From an uncultured Phycisphaerales bacterium (GTDB taxonomy: Bacteria; Planctomycetota; Phycisphaerae; Sedimentisphaerales; Anaerobacaceae): 64,000 nucleotides of DNA. The position numbers were made by a program, and so were the translations under genes. Positions 1-9,151 of the stretch are shown here, piece after piece. Position 1 is the first letter of the stretch. Each line of letters starts with the position of its first letter. The notes below the pieces were generated by a model. That model made no database searches, was not told where the DNA came from, and saw nothing but the letters and a program-made list of their open reading frames with translations. The stretch covers positions 192,001 to 256,000 of the forward strand of contig OY970359.1 in NCBI GenBank assembly GCA_963718665.1, written 5' to 3'.

Positions 1-75
1 TCTCTCCGGAAGCATCCATCCTTCGCCCCCACGTCTTCTCGCCGAAGAGAATGGCGGTGGCTACGGAATACACAA

Positions 76-100
76 GGTGGGGGTCTTTACAACCCCCACC
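76..100 (-). terminator. Hairpin downstream of pilin gene (possible terminator or REP-like hairpin)
   Basis: GGTGGGGGT...ACCCCCACC inverted repeat about 60 nt past the pilin stop codon; U-tract weak. Confidence 0.4.
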
Positions 101-158
101 CTTTAAGTCAACAAACTCAAGCGTGTACCTTTTGTTACACACCAAACCAGACACCGGA

Positions 159-578
159 CTATGGAGTAAATGTTCCGGTATTGTCCAAAACTTCTGTTGC
201 CGGCGTTGTCGGTGCCTCTGTGCTTGTAGACTTTGCCGCAGTGCACGTAATAGTATAAACATCGTAGCCAGTCATGGCGACAGTATAGCATTCCTCTGTG
301 AAGTACTTGCCGTCAAGGTCGCTGACTTTGGCGCCACTTGAGCGCAAGGTGAAGCCAAGGTCACTCAGAGCCGTCCCGGGATAGGTCCAGGTCGTGCCTT
401 TCTCAGCTTCGTAGGCACGAATCGCAGTGCGGATACTGCCCATCGCGGCCTTGCCTTCCGACCACTTGGCAGCATCGATACGGCCACGCATAATCGGTAT
501 GGCGACCGCTGCCAGGATGCCGACGATGAATATGACCACCATCAGCTCGATAAGTGTAAAACCTTTTCTGTTCATCAT
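159..578 (-). CDS. pilA: Type IV major pilin (prepilin N-terminal cleavage/methylation domain)
   Basis: KG^FTLIELMVVIFIVGILAAVAIP class III signal peptide; AGGAG RBS; follows pilB/pilC. Confidence 0.85.
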   Translation of the reverse strand: MMNRKGFTLIELMVVIFIVGILAAVAIPIMRGRIDAAKWSEGKAAMGSIRTAIRAYEAEKGTTWTYPGTALSDLGFTLRSSGAKVSDLDGKYFTEECYTVAMTGYDVYTITCTAAKSTSTEAPTTPATEVLDNTGTFTP

Positions 579-690
579 TTGCTTTCTCCTTTTTAAAAAC
601 TGTAAACCGGTTTAATTACCATTTCCGACTTGCTACTATGCAAATCGGCAAATTTTGGAGGCAACTTTATTACCTCCAACGTCCGACTTG

Positions 691-1909
691 TTAGCCACCG
701 TTGCCGTTGCCGCCCATCGTGAAGATAGGCAGGTATAAGGCCAGGATGACAATCAATACAATCCCTCCGACCGTTACAATCATAATAGGCTCGAGCAGGC
801 CAAGTACCGTGTTTATAGTGGTATCGACCTTCCGCTCGTAATAATCGCTGGTTCTTTCGAGGACCTGGGGCAGGGAGCCGCTTTCCTCGCCTACCTGAAT
901 CATCTTGATGACCATATTCGGGAAAAATCCGGCCGAGGCCAAACTAAGCGATACATTTGACCCCTGAACAATATGTTCGCGGCTTCGAATAATCGCGTCT
1001 TTAATTACGTCGTTTTTGGTCATAGTGGAAAGAATATCGAATACCTCGAGGACGGAAACGCCCGCCGCAAGCAGCGTCGCCATTGTTTTACAGAAACTGG
1101 CAACAAAGGCCTGGCTGATAATTTTACCTATCAGCGGTATTCTCAGGGCAAGCTTGGAATAGAAAATGTGACCTTTCGGCGTCTTGTTGATAAAAGTGGC
1201 GACGAAGGCAAACAGAAAGCACGAGCCGATGATGTAAATTATATTTAAACGAAGAAAGTCGTAGAAATCCATAAACGCCTGTGTAAAGGCGGGCAACTTG
1301 CCGCCGAACTGGTCGAATATGGCGCGGAATCTCGGGATGATGAACGTCATAATGCCCGTAACAATCAGGACAATAAAACACAAGACAAATATCGGATATG
1401 ACATAGCGCTCTTGACCTTTTTGGCCAAGCGGTCACGGCTGTCAAAATGTTCCGCGACTCTCTTTAACGCGCCGGGCAGATTACCGCTGGTCTCGCCGGC
1501 AAGAACGATGGCTTTGGAGAGCTGGTCAAAGACCTTTGGAAACTCGGCGATACCGCTGGAGAAGTTTTCGCCCTTTCGCATTTTATCGAGAATGCGATGC
1601 AGCACTTCCTGGAGCTGGAGGTTTTCTATATCGGATGATATGGTTTCAATCGCGGTGGTAATTGGAATACCACCCTCGACCATCGTCGTCAACTGCCAGC
1701 AAAGAGCCGCGATTTCGGCGGACTTGATTTTCCTTCTTTTCTGTTTTTTGGGCGACATGTTTAACGGCTTCAACAATTTCCTGAATCGATATCGGCGTCA
1801 ACCCTCGCTCGCGAAGCCAGCCGATTACGTCATTGGCGGAATTGGCCTGTGTCAGCCCTTCTTTCCGCGAACCCGTTGTATCACACGCACTATATTTGAA
1901 GGTCTTCAT
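691..1909 (-). pseudogene. pilC: PilC/GspF inner-membrane platform protein, split by a frameshift near 1740-1770
   Basis: N-terminus MKTFKYSACDTTGSRKEG (ORF 1646-1909) continues in the +1 frame as KKQKRRKIKSAEIAALCWQL with two T2SSF repeats (AGETSGNL, VGEESGSL; ORF 691-1776). Confidence 0.85.
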
Positions 1910-2053
1910 TAAAAGAATCCTTGAAAAATCACTCCTCGCTCGTCTAATGTTTGCAGTTCCCTCCGCTGCTTGTGTATCGTCCCGTGGAAAACGGACCTTT
2001 AATAAAACCCGTTTTAACTGCTGTTAAATCAATATCAGCGGTTTTTACGTCCT

Positions 2054-3889
2054 CTATTTTTCAGGCGTTTCCAAAATCACAACTGTCTGCCCCTCCTGCT
2101 CCACCTCTATATCCCCTATATCCTCACTAAACGTTACACCCAGCACCTCCTCTGCAGTTGTAAGCCCCTGAAGCATTTTTATCACGCCACTTTCGAGCAG
2201 CCCGCCATAACCTTTTTCCCTCGACGCAGCCCTAAGCTGCGACTCTGTCGCGGCAGCGGTAACAAGTTCCCGCATTTCATGGTCCATAACCAGAAACTCA
2301 AAAATTGGCAGCCGTCCGTGGTAGCCGGTGTTTCCGCATGCGGGGCAACCCCTGCCACGACAAAGCTTGGCGTTTTTCAATTTTGCCGGGTCAACTTTCA
2401 GCCGTTTCAATACCTGTTCGCTGAGTGTTGTCGGTTCCTTACATTTTTCGCAAATCTTTCTGACTAATCGCTGGGCGACTACCAGGTTAAGCGATGAAGA
2501 CAACAGGTACGGCTCAATTTCCATATTAATCAAGCGAGTTATAGCGCTGGGAGCGTCGTTGGTGTGGAATGTGCTCAGCACTAAGTGCCCCGTCAATGAC
2601 GCCTTTATCGCAATTTCAACTGTCTCTTTGTCTCGAATTTCTCCTATCAGGACAATATCAGGGTCCTGTCTGAGTATGGATCGCAGGCAGGACGCAAACG
2701 TCAGGTCAATTTCCGGCTTGACCTGGACCTGGTTAATGCCTGCAAGACGATATTCAACAGGGTCCTCAACCGTGGTTATATTCACTGTCGGGTCTTTGAG
2801 GTGATTAAGACAGGCATAAAGCGTGGTGCTTTTGCCGCTCCCCGTAGGCCCCGTTACAATCATAATGCCGTGCGGCTGGTTTAGTGCGTTCTTCAGCACG
2901 GCCAGCAGCTCCGGCTCGATGCCGAGCTTATCGATATTGTGTGATGTCCCGGCAGTATCGAGAATACGCATAACTATCTTTTCGCCGTATATCGTTGGAA
3001 GCGTTGATACGCGAACGTCAATATCCCTGCTGGCCGTCCTGATTTTGAGACGACCATCCTGAGGAAGACGACGTTCGGCAATGTTCAGATTCGAAAGAAT
3101 CTTTATCCTGGCAAGGACTGCGCCCTGCATATTCCTCGCAGGAGGAACCATATCTCGCAATATGCCGTCGATTCTCATGCGAATCATCATCGTCTTTTCC
3201 TGCGGTTCGATGTGCACGTCGCTTGCGCGGCTTTTTACTGCCTGGCTCAACAGCAAATCGACAAATTGAATAACCGGGGCTTTGCCCGCCTCTTCTTCAC
3301 TGTCGCTATCGCCGTCCGCAGCCTCTTCGAGAATCGACTCGACTTTTTCGTCGGCATCCCGGTCAAACCTGTCACCTTCCGTCTGCACCAGCTCTCTTAG
3401 CCGCTGTTCCTCCACATCTGAACCGTGATAGATAATCTCAATGGCCTTGCGAATTTCGGGGGCAGAGCCGATGACGACCTTGATAGGCCGTTTTATTTTA
3501 AGCGTTATGGTATCGATAGCTATGACGTTGAGCGGGTCTGCCATAGCGACGACAATTCTGCCGTCAACTTCGCCGATGCCAACGAGGCAAAATCGCTTGG
3601 AGACGGCCTCGTCGAACATTCTCGCGATATTCATGTTGATTTTGGACATGTCGTCAAAATGAAAATATTCCATAGAGAGATGCTCGGCCAGGGCCTGTGT
3701 AACCTGTTCCTCAGTCATCATATTGAGACGAACAATGGCCTCGCCGAGCCGGCCGCCGAACCTGCGCTGTTCATCAAGCACCTTGCTCAACTGGAGACGG
3801 GTAAACACTCCCTTGGACACCAAAAACTCACCAAAAAGATGCGTGGTTTTAGGCTTTTCCATAACAGAGGTCTCTGGAGCTACCTTCAT
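2054..3889 (-). CDS. pilB: Type IV pilus assembly ATPase PilB/GspE
   Basis: MshEN-like N-terminus (LFGEFLV, RLGEAIV), ASDVHIEP, Walker A GPTGSGKSTT, LRQDPDIVLIGEIRD, Zn-binding CxxC pairs. Confidence 0.93.
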   Translation of the reverse strand: MKVAPETSVMEKPKTTHLFGEFLVSKGVFTRLQLSKVLDEQRRFGGRLGEAIVRLNMMTEEQVTQALAEHLSMEYFHFDDMSKINMNIARMFDEAVSKRFCLVGIGEVDGRIVVAMADPLNVIAIDTITLKIKRPIKVVIGSAPEIRKAIEIIYHGSDVEEQRLRELVQTEGDRFDRDADEKVESILEEAADGDSDSEEEAGKAPVIQFVDLLLSQAVKSRASDVHIEPQEKTMMIRMRIDGILRDMVPPARNMQGAVLARIKILSNLNIAERRLPQDGRLKIRTASRDIDVRVSTLPTIYGEKIVMRILDTAGTSHNIDKLGIEPELLAVLKNALNQPHGIMIVTGPTGSGKSTTLYACLNHLKDPTVNITTVEDPVEYRLAGINQVQVKPEIDLTFASCLRSILRQDPDIVLIGEIRDKETVEIAIKASLTGHLVLSTFHTNDAPSAITRLINMEIEPYLLSSSLNLVVAQRLVRKICEKCKEPTTLSEQVLKRLKVDPAKLKNAKLCRGRGCPACGNTGYHGRLPIFEFLVMDHEMRELVTAAATESQLRAASREKGYGGLLESGVIKMLQGLTTAEEVLGVTFSEDIGDIEVEQEGQTVVILETPEK

Positions 3890-4207
3890 TCCAACACCTT
3901 AGTCCACATAAGTTCTTTCACGAGCATAATTCACACTAACCACCATGCAAAACCCGGCATTTAAATTAACACAGCCATATAGAACGCCGGGATTATCCTC
4001 CCTCTTTAAAACAGGCAGTCGCACACAATTAAAATATAGAGAAAAAACGGGGTGCTGCCAAAAATAACGGTCTAATAAAAACCTGTGAAACACATCCGAT
4101 GACGCTGCCTCTCTCGTATTTGCCCTCCGCCATCCAAAAGATATTGTTTTATGGGACCGGCACAGTCAATTCGAGACATTAATACTTTCAAAGTCGCGGC
4201 AAATGTA

Positions 4208-4561
4208 TTAAACTTTTTGCCTGCTGCCGCTCGGGGATTGAATTGCCGCCAGAGCAGCAAACTTGTCGTCGGCAAACTCAAATACCTCGTCGAGTCCGAC
4301 CACGCTGAAAACGCTCCTGGTAGCTGACGGAACATTGCAGAATATCAGGCGATGCCCGCAGTCGCTGAGCAGCTTGCGCAAGCGTAAAAGCCCGGATATG
4401 CTCGTCGAGGTCATTATGTCCACGCTCGAAAAATCCACAACAACATCACAGTCGCCGCGGTCTCGGACGATTTCGACAAGTGTTTTAAGCTCACTCCTCA
4501 TCCGCGGTTCGCGCGGCAGGTCAACAAGAATAATATCATCAGACCAGTTCTGAAATCCCAT
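4208..4561 (-). CDS. STAS-domain anti-sigma-factor antagonist
   Basis: VVVDFSSVDIMTSTSISGLL motif with phosphorylatable Ser; start placed at MGFQNW after AGGAG. Confidence 0.88.
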   Translation of the reverse strand: MGFQNWSDDIILVDLPREPRMRSELKTLVEIVRDRGDCDVVVDFSSVDIMTSTSISGLLRLRKLLSDCGHRLIFCNVPSATRSVFSVVGLDEVFEFADDKFAALAAIQSPSGSRQKV

Positions 4562-4793
4562 CACTTTTCTCCTAAAAGACCATACAGCTATATCCTGTTC
4601 CAATCACCCCTATCGGCACATAAAGCCGGATGGTTAATCAAAAAGACCTGCACAAAATCAGCCAAAAACCCTCGCCGACAACCGATAATAATTCGATTAA
4701 TCGCGACTACGCAAGGACAGGAAAATTGAAAGGATTAGCCAAAAGGGGGCTTGTTTTCCGATTACCGAACAGTAATGGCGACTAATTGAACGG

Positions 4794-6068
4794 CTACTGA
4801 ACTTCCAGACCCAGGGCAGTGATATCGTCAACCTCTGAAGGGGCAATGTTCTGGTTCTGCGCCATCATATTAAATCTGTCCATCATTTCGACAATCTGCA
4901 GGTCTTTAAGCTCGAGGAATTCCTTCATAAAATGAAAGCCCGTCAAATCATCGTAGCTGCCTATGAACGGCTCAGCGCCGTCGGAATAGAGCAGAATTTT
5001 GTCGCTGGGTTGAAGCTGGACTTTGTCCTCGGAATATTCGGCTTCCTTGAAGACGCCGAGTAATGACCCGCGTACCTCGAGCTGTTTTGGCTTCTCACCC
5101 TGCCTCAATAGTATGGGATAAGGATGCCCCGCGCGGGCGAATGTCATCTCGAGCGTCTCGGTATTCAGTAGGCAATAACAGCAGGTGGCAAACTGGTAGC
5201 CGGAAAGTTTCTGTGTGGCCATTTTCTTGTTGAGATTCTTCATTACCTCGGCAGGCGAGAAAATGTGATACGCATTGTCAACGGTGGTTCTCATAACCAG
5301 CGCCTGTTTGAGAAAAATGGTCAACAACGCCGCGGGCATACCGTGCCCAACAACGTCGGCTACATAGAAGCCAAGATGCTTTTCATCAATTCTGACGGCA
5401 TTATATATATCACCGGAAACCCACTCAGCAGGCAAAAAGACCGATGCCCATTTGATTTTGTCGGTATTTGGCATTTGGGTGGGCAGGAAGTCCTGCTGGA
5501 CGAGACCGGCAAGGCGAAGCTGCTCGGTAAGGTTGTCAACAAGAGCACCAGTCATACTGAGCTGCTCGGCGAGCTTGTTTTTGTAAATGGTTTGTATCTG
5601 CTTTGGCGGAATGGCCGGCTTAACCGCTATCCCATCGCTTTTCTTGCGATAGGCAAGATTCACGCTTACCCTGGTCCAAAGCTCATCTATCGAAACGGCC
5701 TCGGTCATCCCCCCCATGCTGAAACTGCTCTTCACCGGCGCCAGTGAAAAACTTTTCACCGGGACTTTTACGCGGTCGGTAATTAGTATTACGCCGATAT
5801 TTTCCATTTCGAGCGTCTCAATTATCCTGGCAAGCTTCTGCTGCTGAGCGGCATCTGAATCCTGGGCGTCAATGATGACCGTTCCGACAAGACCAAGCTT
5901 GTCTCTGACGTCACCGAATTTATCTACGCGCAGGATTTGATGCGTAAGGTTCCTTTCCTTAAGCAGGTGCTTTATTTCCTGTGGTATCTGCTTATCGTTG
6001 GTCAGGTAAAGCACATCAACAAAATGTTTTTGAAGCTCGATGGCACTTAATAATTCGCTCTGGACCAT
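4794..6068 (-). CDS. PP2C/SpoIIE (RsbU-like) serine phosphatase with degenerate N-terminal domain
   Basis: VSGDIY, ADVVGHG, AGHPYP, LLYSDG and DDIT motifs. Confidence 0.9.
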   Translation of the reverse strand: MVQSELLSAIELQKHFVDVLYLTNDKQIPQEIKHLLKERNLTHQILRVDKFGDVRDKLGLVGTVIIDAQDSDAAQQQKLARIIETLEMENIGVILITDRVKVPVKSFSLAPVKSSFSMGGMTEAVSIDELWTRVSVNLAYRKKSDGIAVKPAIPPKQIQTIYKNKLAEQLSMTGALVDNLTEQLRLAGLVQQDFLPTQMPNTDKIKWASVFLPAEWVSGDIYNAVRIDEKHLGFYVADVVGHGMPAALLTIFLKQALVMRTTVDNAYHIFSPAEVMKNLNKKMATQKLSGYQFATCCYCLLNTETLEMTFARAGHPYPILLRQGEKPKQLEVRGSLLGVFKEAEYSEDKVQLQPSDKILLYSDGAEPFIGSYDDLTGFHFMKEFLELKDLQIVEMMDRFNMMAQNQNIAPSEVDDITALGLEVQ

Positions 6069-6369
6069 TTATTTATCCCCTTTTTAATACCAGCCCGAAC
6101 TGGGCAGTAACAAATGCAATTCAATACACAACGATAATAATCAACAGGCAACAAATATGATTTTCGTCTTGTTCCCCGCAACACTTTGTTAGTTTTTTTC
6201 TTTTTTTGCGTCTTTAGAGATTATCGGCTATAAGCCGTACCTGCCGGGAGTTTTGCGGATTTTAGACCGATAAAAAAAGAGTGCTATTCGAAAATATACT
6301 GATTTGGGTCCGAGAATAACAATGGTTGCAGTGTGATTGAATTTTGTGATGAGTTTTACCCGACAGCCG

Positions 6370-7101
6370 TCAGCCGGAGAAAATCGCTGAACCGATTCGC
6401 AAAATTGTGGCCCCCTGCTCCACCGCAATTTCGTAATCTGAGCTCATCCCCATACTCAGCTCTTCAAAATTATGCCCGACAACCCTCCCGCCCCGCATTT
6501 CGAGGAAAAGCTCCCTGGCACGGGTAAAACACTTGCGAATCACGTCCTTGTTGTGCGTCAGGGGCCCCATCGTCATCAGTCCCACCAGTTTTATATTAGA
6601 CAGGGTATCAATCTGCTCAGCCAGGTGCAGTGCGGCCCCCACGGGAACCCCGTATTTCTGCGACTCCTCAGAGGTATTGACCTGAAGCAGTACACGCGAG
6701 ACGGTATTCATTTTGGCGGCTGCGGCGTTGATTTCCTCGGCCAGACGAAGAGTGTCAACGGAATGTATAAGCGTAACCATAGGCAAAACCTGCCTGACCT
6801 TGTTTCGCTGAAGGTGCCCTATCATGTGCCAGTTCACCTTGCGTGGCATCCCCGGCTCATCGGCGTTATGCTGAATAAACTCATCAACCTGGGTAACAAC
6901 CTTTTTGAGCTGCTGGACCCTGTTTTCGCCAAGCTCGGAGAACCCAAGTCGAACAATCTCCTCGATTGCCTCCTGCGAGGCGGACTTCGTTACGACAACG
7001 AGTTTGACCTCCGCGGGGTCCCTGTCCACGCGGGCACAAACCGAAGATATGTTTTCCCTGAGACGCTTAACACGTTCGGCTATCTTTATCATAAACAACA
7101 A
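6370..7101 (-). CDS. yggS: YggS/PLPBP pyridoxal-phosphate homeostasis protein
   Basis: VVVTKS, GENRVQ, WHMIGHLQRNKV, LSMGMSSDY, RIGSAIF. Confidence 0.95.
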   Translation of the reverse strand: MLFMIKIAERVKRLRENISSVCARVDRDPAEVKLVVVTKSASQEAIEEIVRLGFSELGENRVQQLKKVVTQVDEFIQHNADEPGMPRKVNWHMIGHLQRNKVRQVLPMVTLIHSVDTLRLAEEINAAAAKMNTVSRVLLQVNTSEESQKYGVPVGAALHLAEQIDTLSNIKLVGLMTMGPLTHNKDVIRKCFTRARELFLEMRGGRVVGHNFEELSMGMSSDYEIAVEQGATILRIGSAIFSG

Positions 7102-7513
7102 ACAGCAAAATACACTGTTTCACTCACCCCAACAACACCACAACGGGATATGTCCCGCACGCCAGTAATTTACGCCAATACCGCCTGTGTTGCAAGCACA
7201 TTTGGCAGATTTGAGCATGAGTTTTGAGTCGCCAAAAAAGGTGCTAATTGGGTGTTTTTAACTTGCTTTTTGTGGCTGGCAGGTATATAATAATCAGAGT
7301 TCAGGCAAATTGTTGTGAACAGGCCCAATTCTGAACAACGGGGGCAGTGATACTTTTTGTTTGACAGGTCAATCAGGGGCGGGTTAGATTCCACTTTTTG
7401 CCATAGTTATTTTACATCGATAAATACTGCGTTGGAGCAGTTCTTGAACCTCGGCGAGGCAGCGTGGTTTACCGGTTTCCCCCCCAGCCGGCCCCACCAC
7501 CTCGCCTTTTTTA

Positions 7514-8728
7514 TTAATTCTTAATCACCTTTTGGCCTGTAAAATGCCGGCTTAAAATCACAAAAACCGCAATAGCCGCAATCGCAGTCGCCCCGCCAAA
7601 GATAAAAGTATAAACAGGCGATTTGTCCCATAAAAATCCCGCAACGATGCCAGCGGGCAAAGCGGCCAGACCTGTAATAGTAGAGTATGTTCCAAGAGCG
7701 GTCGCCTTGTAATCAGGTCCCGCCAGGTCGGATACCAACGCCCTTTCCGTGCCGTCAACTGCCGCGAACACCACGCCATATAACGCAAACAGGATAATAT
7801 AAAACCCCAGCGAATTGCAAAATGCGAAGCCAAACGACACAACCGCGAACAGCCCGAATCCGAAAATAAGAACCTTCTGCCGGCCAATCTTGTCTGAAAC
7901 AACTCCCAGCGGGATAGACAGCACACTGTAAAATATATTGAAAAGTACATATAAAAGAATCGGTGCGGTAGTCCTCCAATGCCCCTCGAACAAATGCTGC
8001 GACCTCAGGACAAAAAACATATAGCTGAAATTGCCGAGAGCAAAAATGGCAGCCACCAAAATAAAAAGCTTCAGAGGCCTCGGCAAAATCGACAAGCTGA
8101 GTTTCAATTTTGCGTTTTGCCGGCCTGTTTCCGGCTCGCTGACAAACCGAAGCGGAACCAGCGACGCAAGACCTATTACCGCAGAGATAATTATTATGGC
8201 GTTGAATCCAAGCCCCGTGAATTGTAAAAATAGAAACGCTACTCCCGCGCCAAGAACGGCTCCCGCACTATCCATCCCACGGTGAATGCCAAAGCTTTTC
8301 CCCCGCTGAGCCGCGTCCACCGATTCGGCTATGATAGCATCGCGAGCAGCAGTGCGAAGCCCTTTACCAACCCGCTCAACTGAGCTGAAAACAACCGCCC
8401 CACCGGCTGTTTTTGTCAGACCAAGCAAAAGTTTGAAAACCGAGGAAATACCGTAACCCGCGTAAACGAATATCTTCCGCTTGCCCGTTTTGTCCGACCA
8501 GTACCCGCACAACACCTTCAATAAGCCCGATATGCCATCACGAATACCGCCGACAAGGCCAACAATCTGCCCCGTCGCCCCCAGCGATTCCAAAAACATC
8601 GGCAGTATGGGCATTATCATTTCGCTGCTCAGGTCATTGAGGAAACTGACTATACTGAGAATTATGACGTTCCTAAACCCGCCCTTTTTGCCGGCCTGCG
8701 GTGAGCTTGCCGAATCCGTGTTTTCCAT
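7514..8728 (-). CDS. MFS transporter
   Basis: About 12 hydrophobic segments; GYWSDKTGKRK and SDKIGRQK motif A repeats. Confidence 0.92.
   Translation of the reverse strand: MENTDSASSPQAGKKGGFRNVIILSIVSFLNDLSSEMIMPILPMFLESLGATGQIVGLVGGIRDGISGLLKVLCGYWSDKTGKRKIFVYAGYGISSVFKLLLGLTKTAGGAVVFSSVERVGKGLRTAARDAIIAESVDAAQRGKSFGIHRGMDSAGAVLGAGVAFLFLQFTGLGFNAIIIISAVIGLASLVPLRFVSEPETGRQNAKLKLSLSILPRPLKLFILVAAIFALGNFSYMFFVLRSQHLFEGHWRTTAPILLYVLFNIFYSVLSIPLGVVSDKIGRQKVLIFGFGLFAVVSFGFAFCNSLGFYIILFALYGVVFAAVDGTERALVSDLAGPDYKATALGTYSTITGLAALPAGIVAGFLWDKSPVYTFIFGGATAIAAIAVFVILSRHFTGQKVIKN
8694..8717. repeat. 24-bp repeat (family B) in frame in the MFS N-terminus
   Basis: GCCTGCGGTGAGCTTGCCGAATCC; 21/24 identical to 10032-10055. 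Confidence 0.7.
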
Positions 8729-8731
8729 ATC

Positions 8732-9142
8732 CTATTGTCCCCGAACCTGAACCGTAAAATTCCTGCTCCTCGGCCCGTCAAATTCGCAGAAGTATATCCC
8801 CTGCCATGTCCCAAGAGCCAGTTGACTATCCTTTATCAAAACCGTTGTGCTGCAGCCGACAAGCGAACTTTTGCAGTGAGCGTCTGAGTTGCCCTCGTCG
8901 TGCCGATAGCCCGCGCGAAGATGAGGAATCAATTCTTCCAGAGTAAGCAAAATATCGTGGGTAACGGACGGGTCCGCATTTTCATTTATTGTAATGCCCG
9001 CCGTCGTATGGGGACAATATATTATCGCGTCGCCCTCTTTAACACCTGATTTACTAACAGCCGAAGCGACCTCGCTTGTTATGTCAACAAACTCGCAGTG
9101 ACTTTTCGTACTTATGTGAAAATCCTTAGTAATGATTTTCAT
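8732..9142 (-). CDS. yjbQ: YjbQ/UPF0047 family protein
   Basis: PHTTAGITINENADP, GNSDAHCKSSL, LGTWQGIYFCEFDGPR. Confidence 0.92.
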   Translation of the reverse strand: MKIITKDFHISTKSHCEFVDITSEVASAVSKSGVKEGDAIIYCPHTTAGITINENADPSVTHDILLTLEELIPHLRAGYRHDEGNSDAHCKSSLVGCSTTVLIKDSQLALGTWQGIYFCEFDGPRSRNFTVQVRGQ

Positions 9143-9151
9143 TATGCCCCC

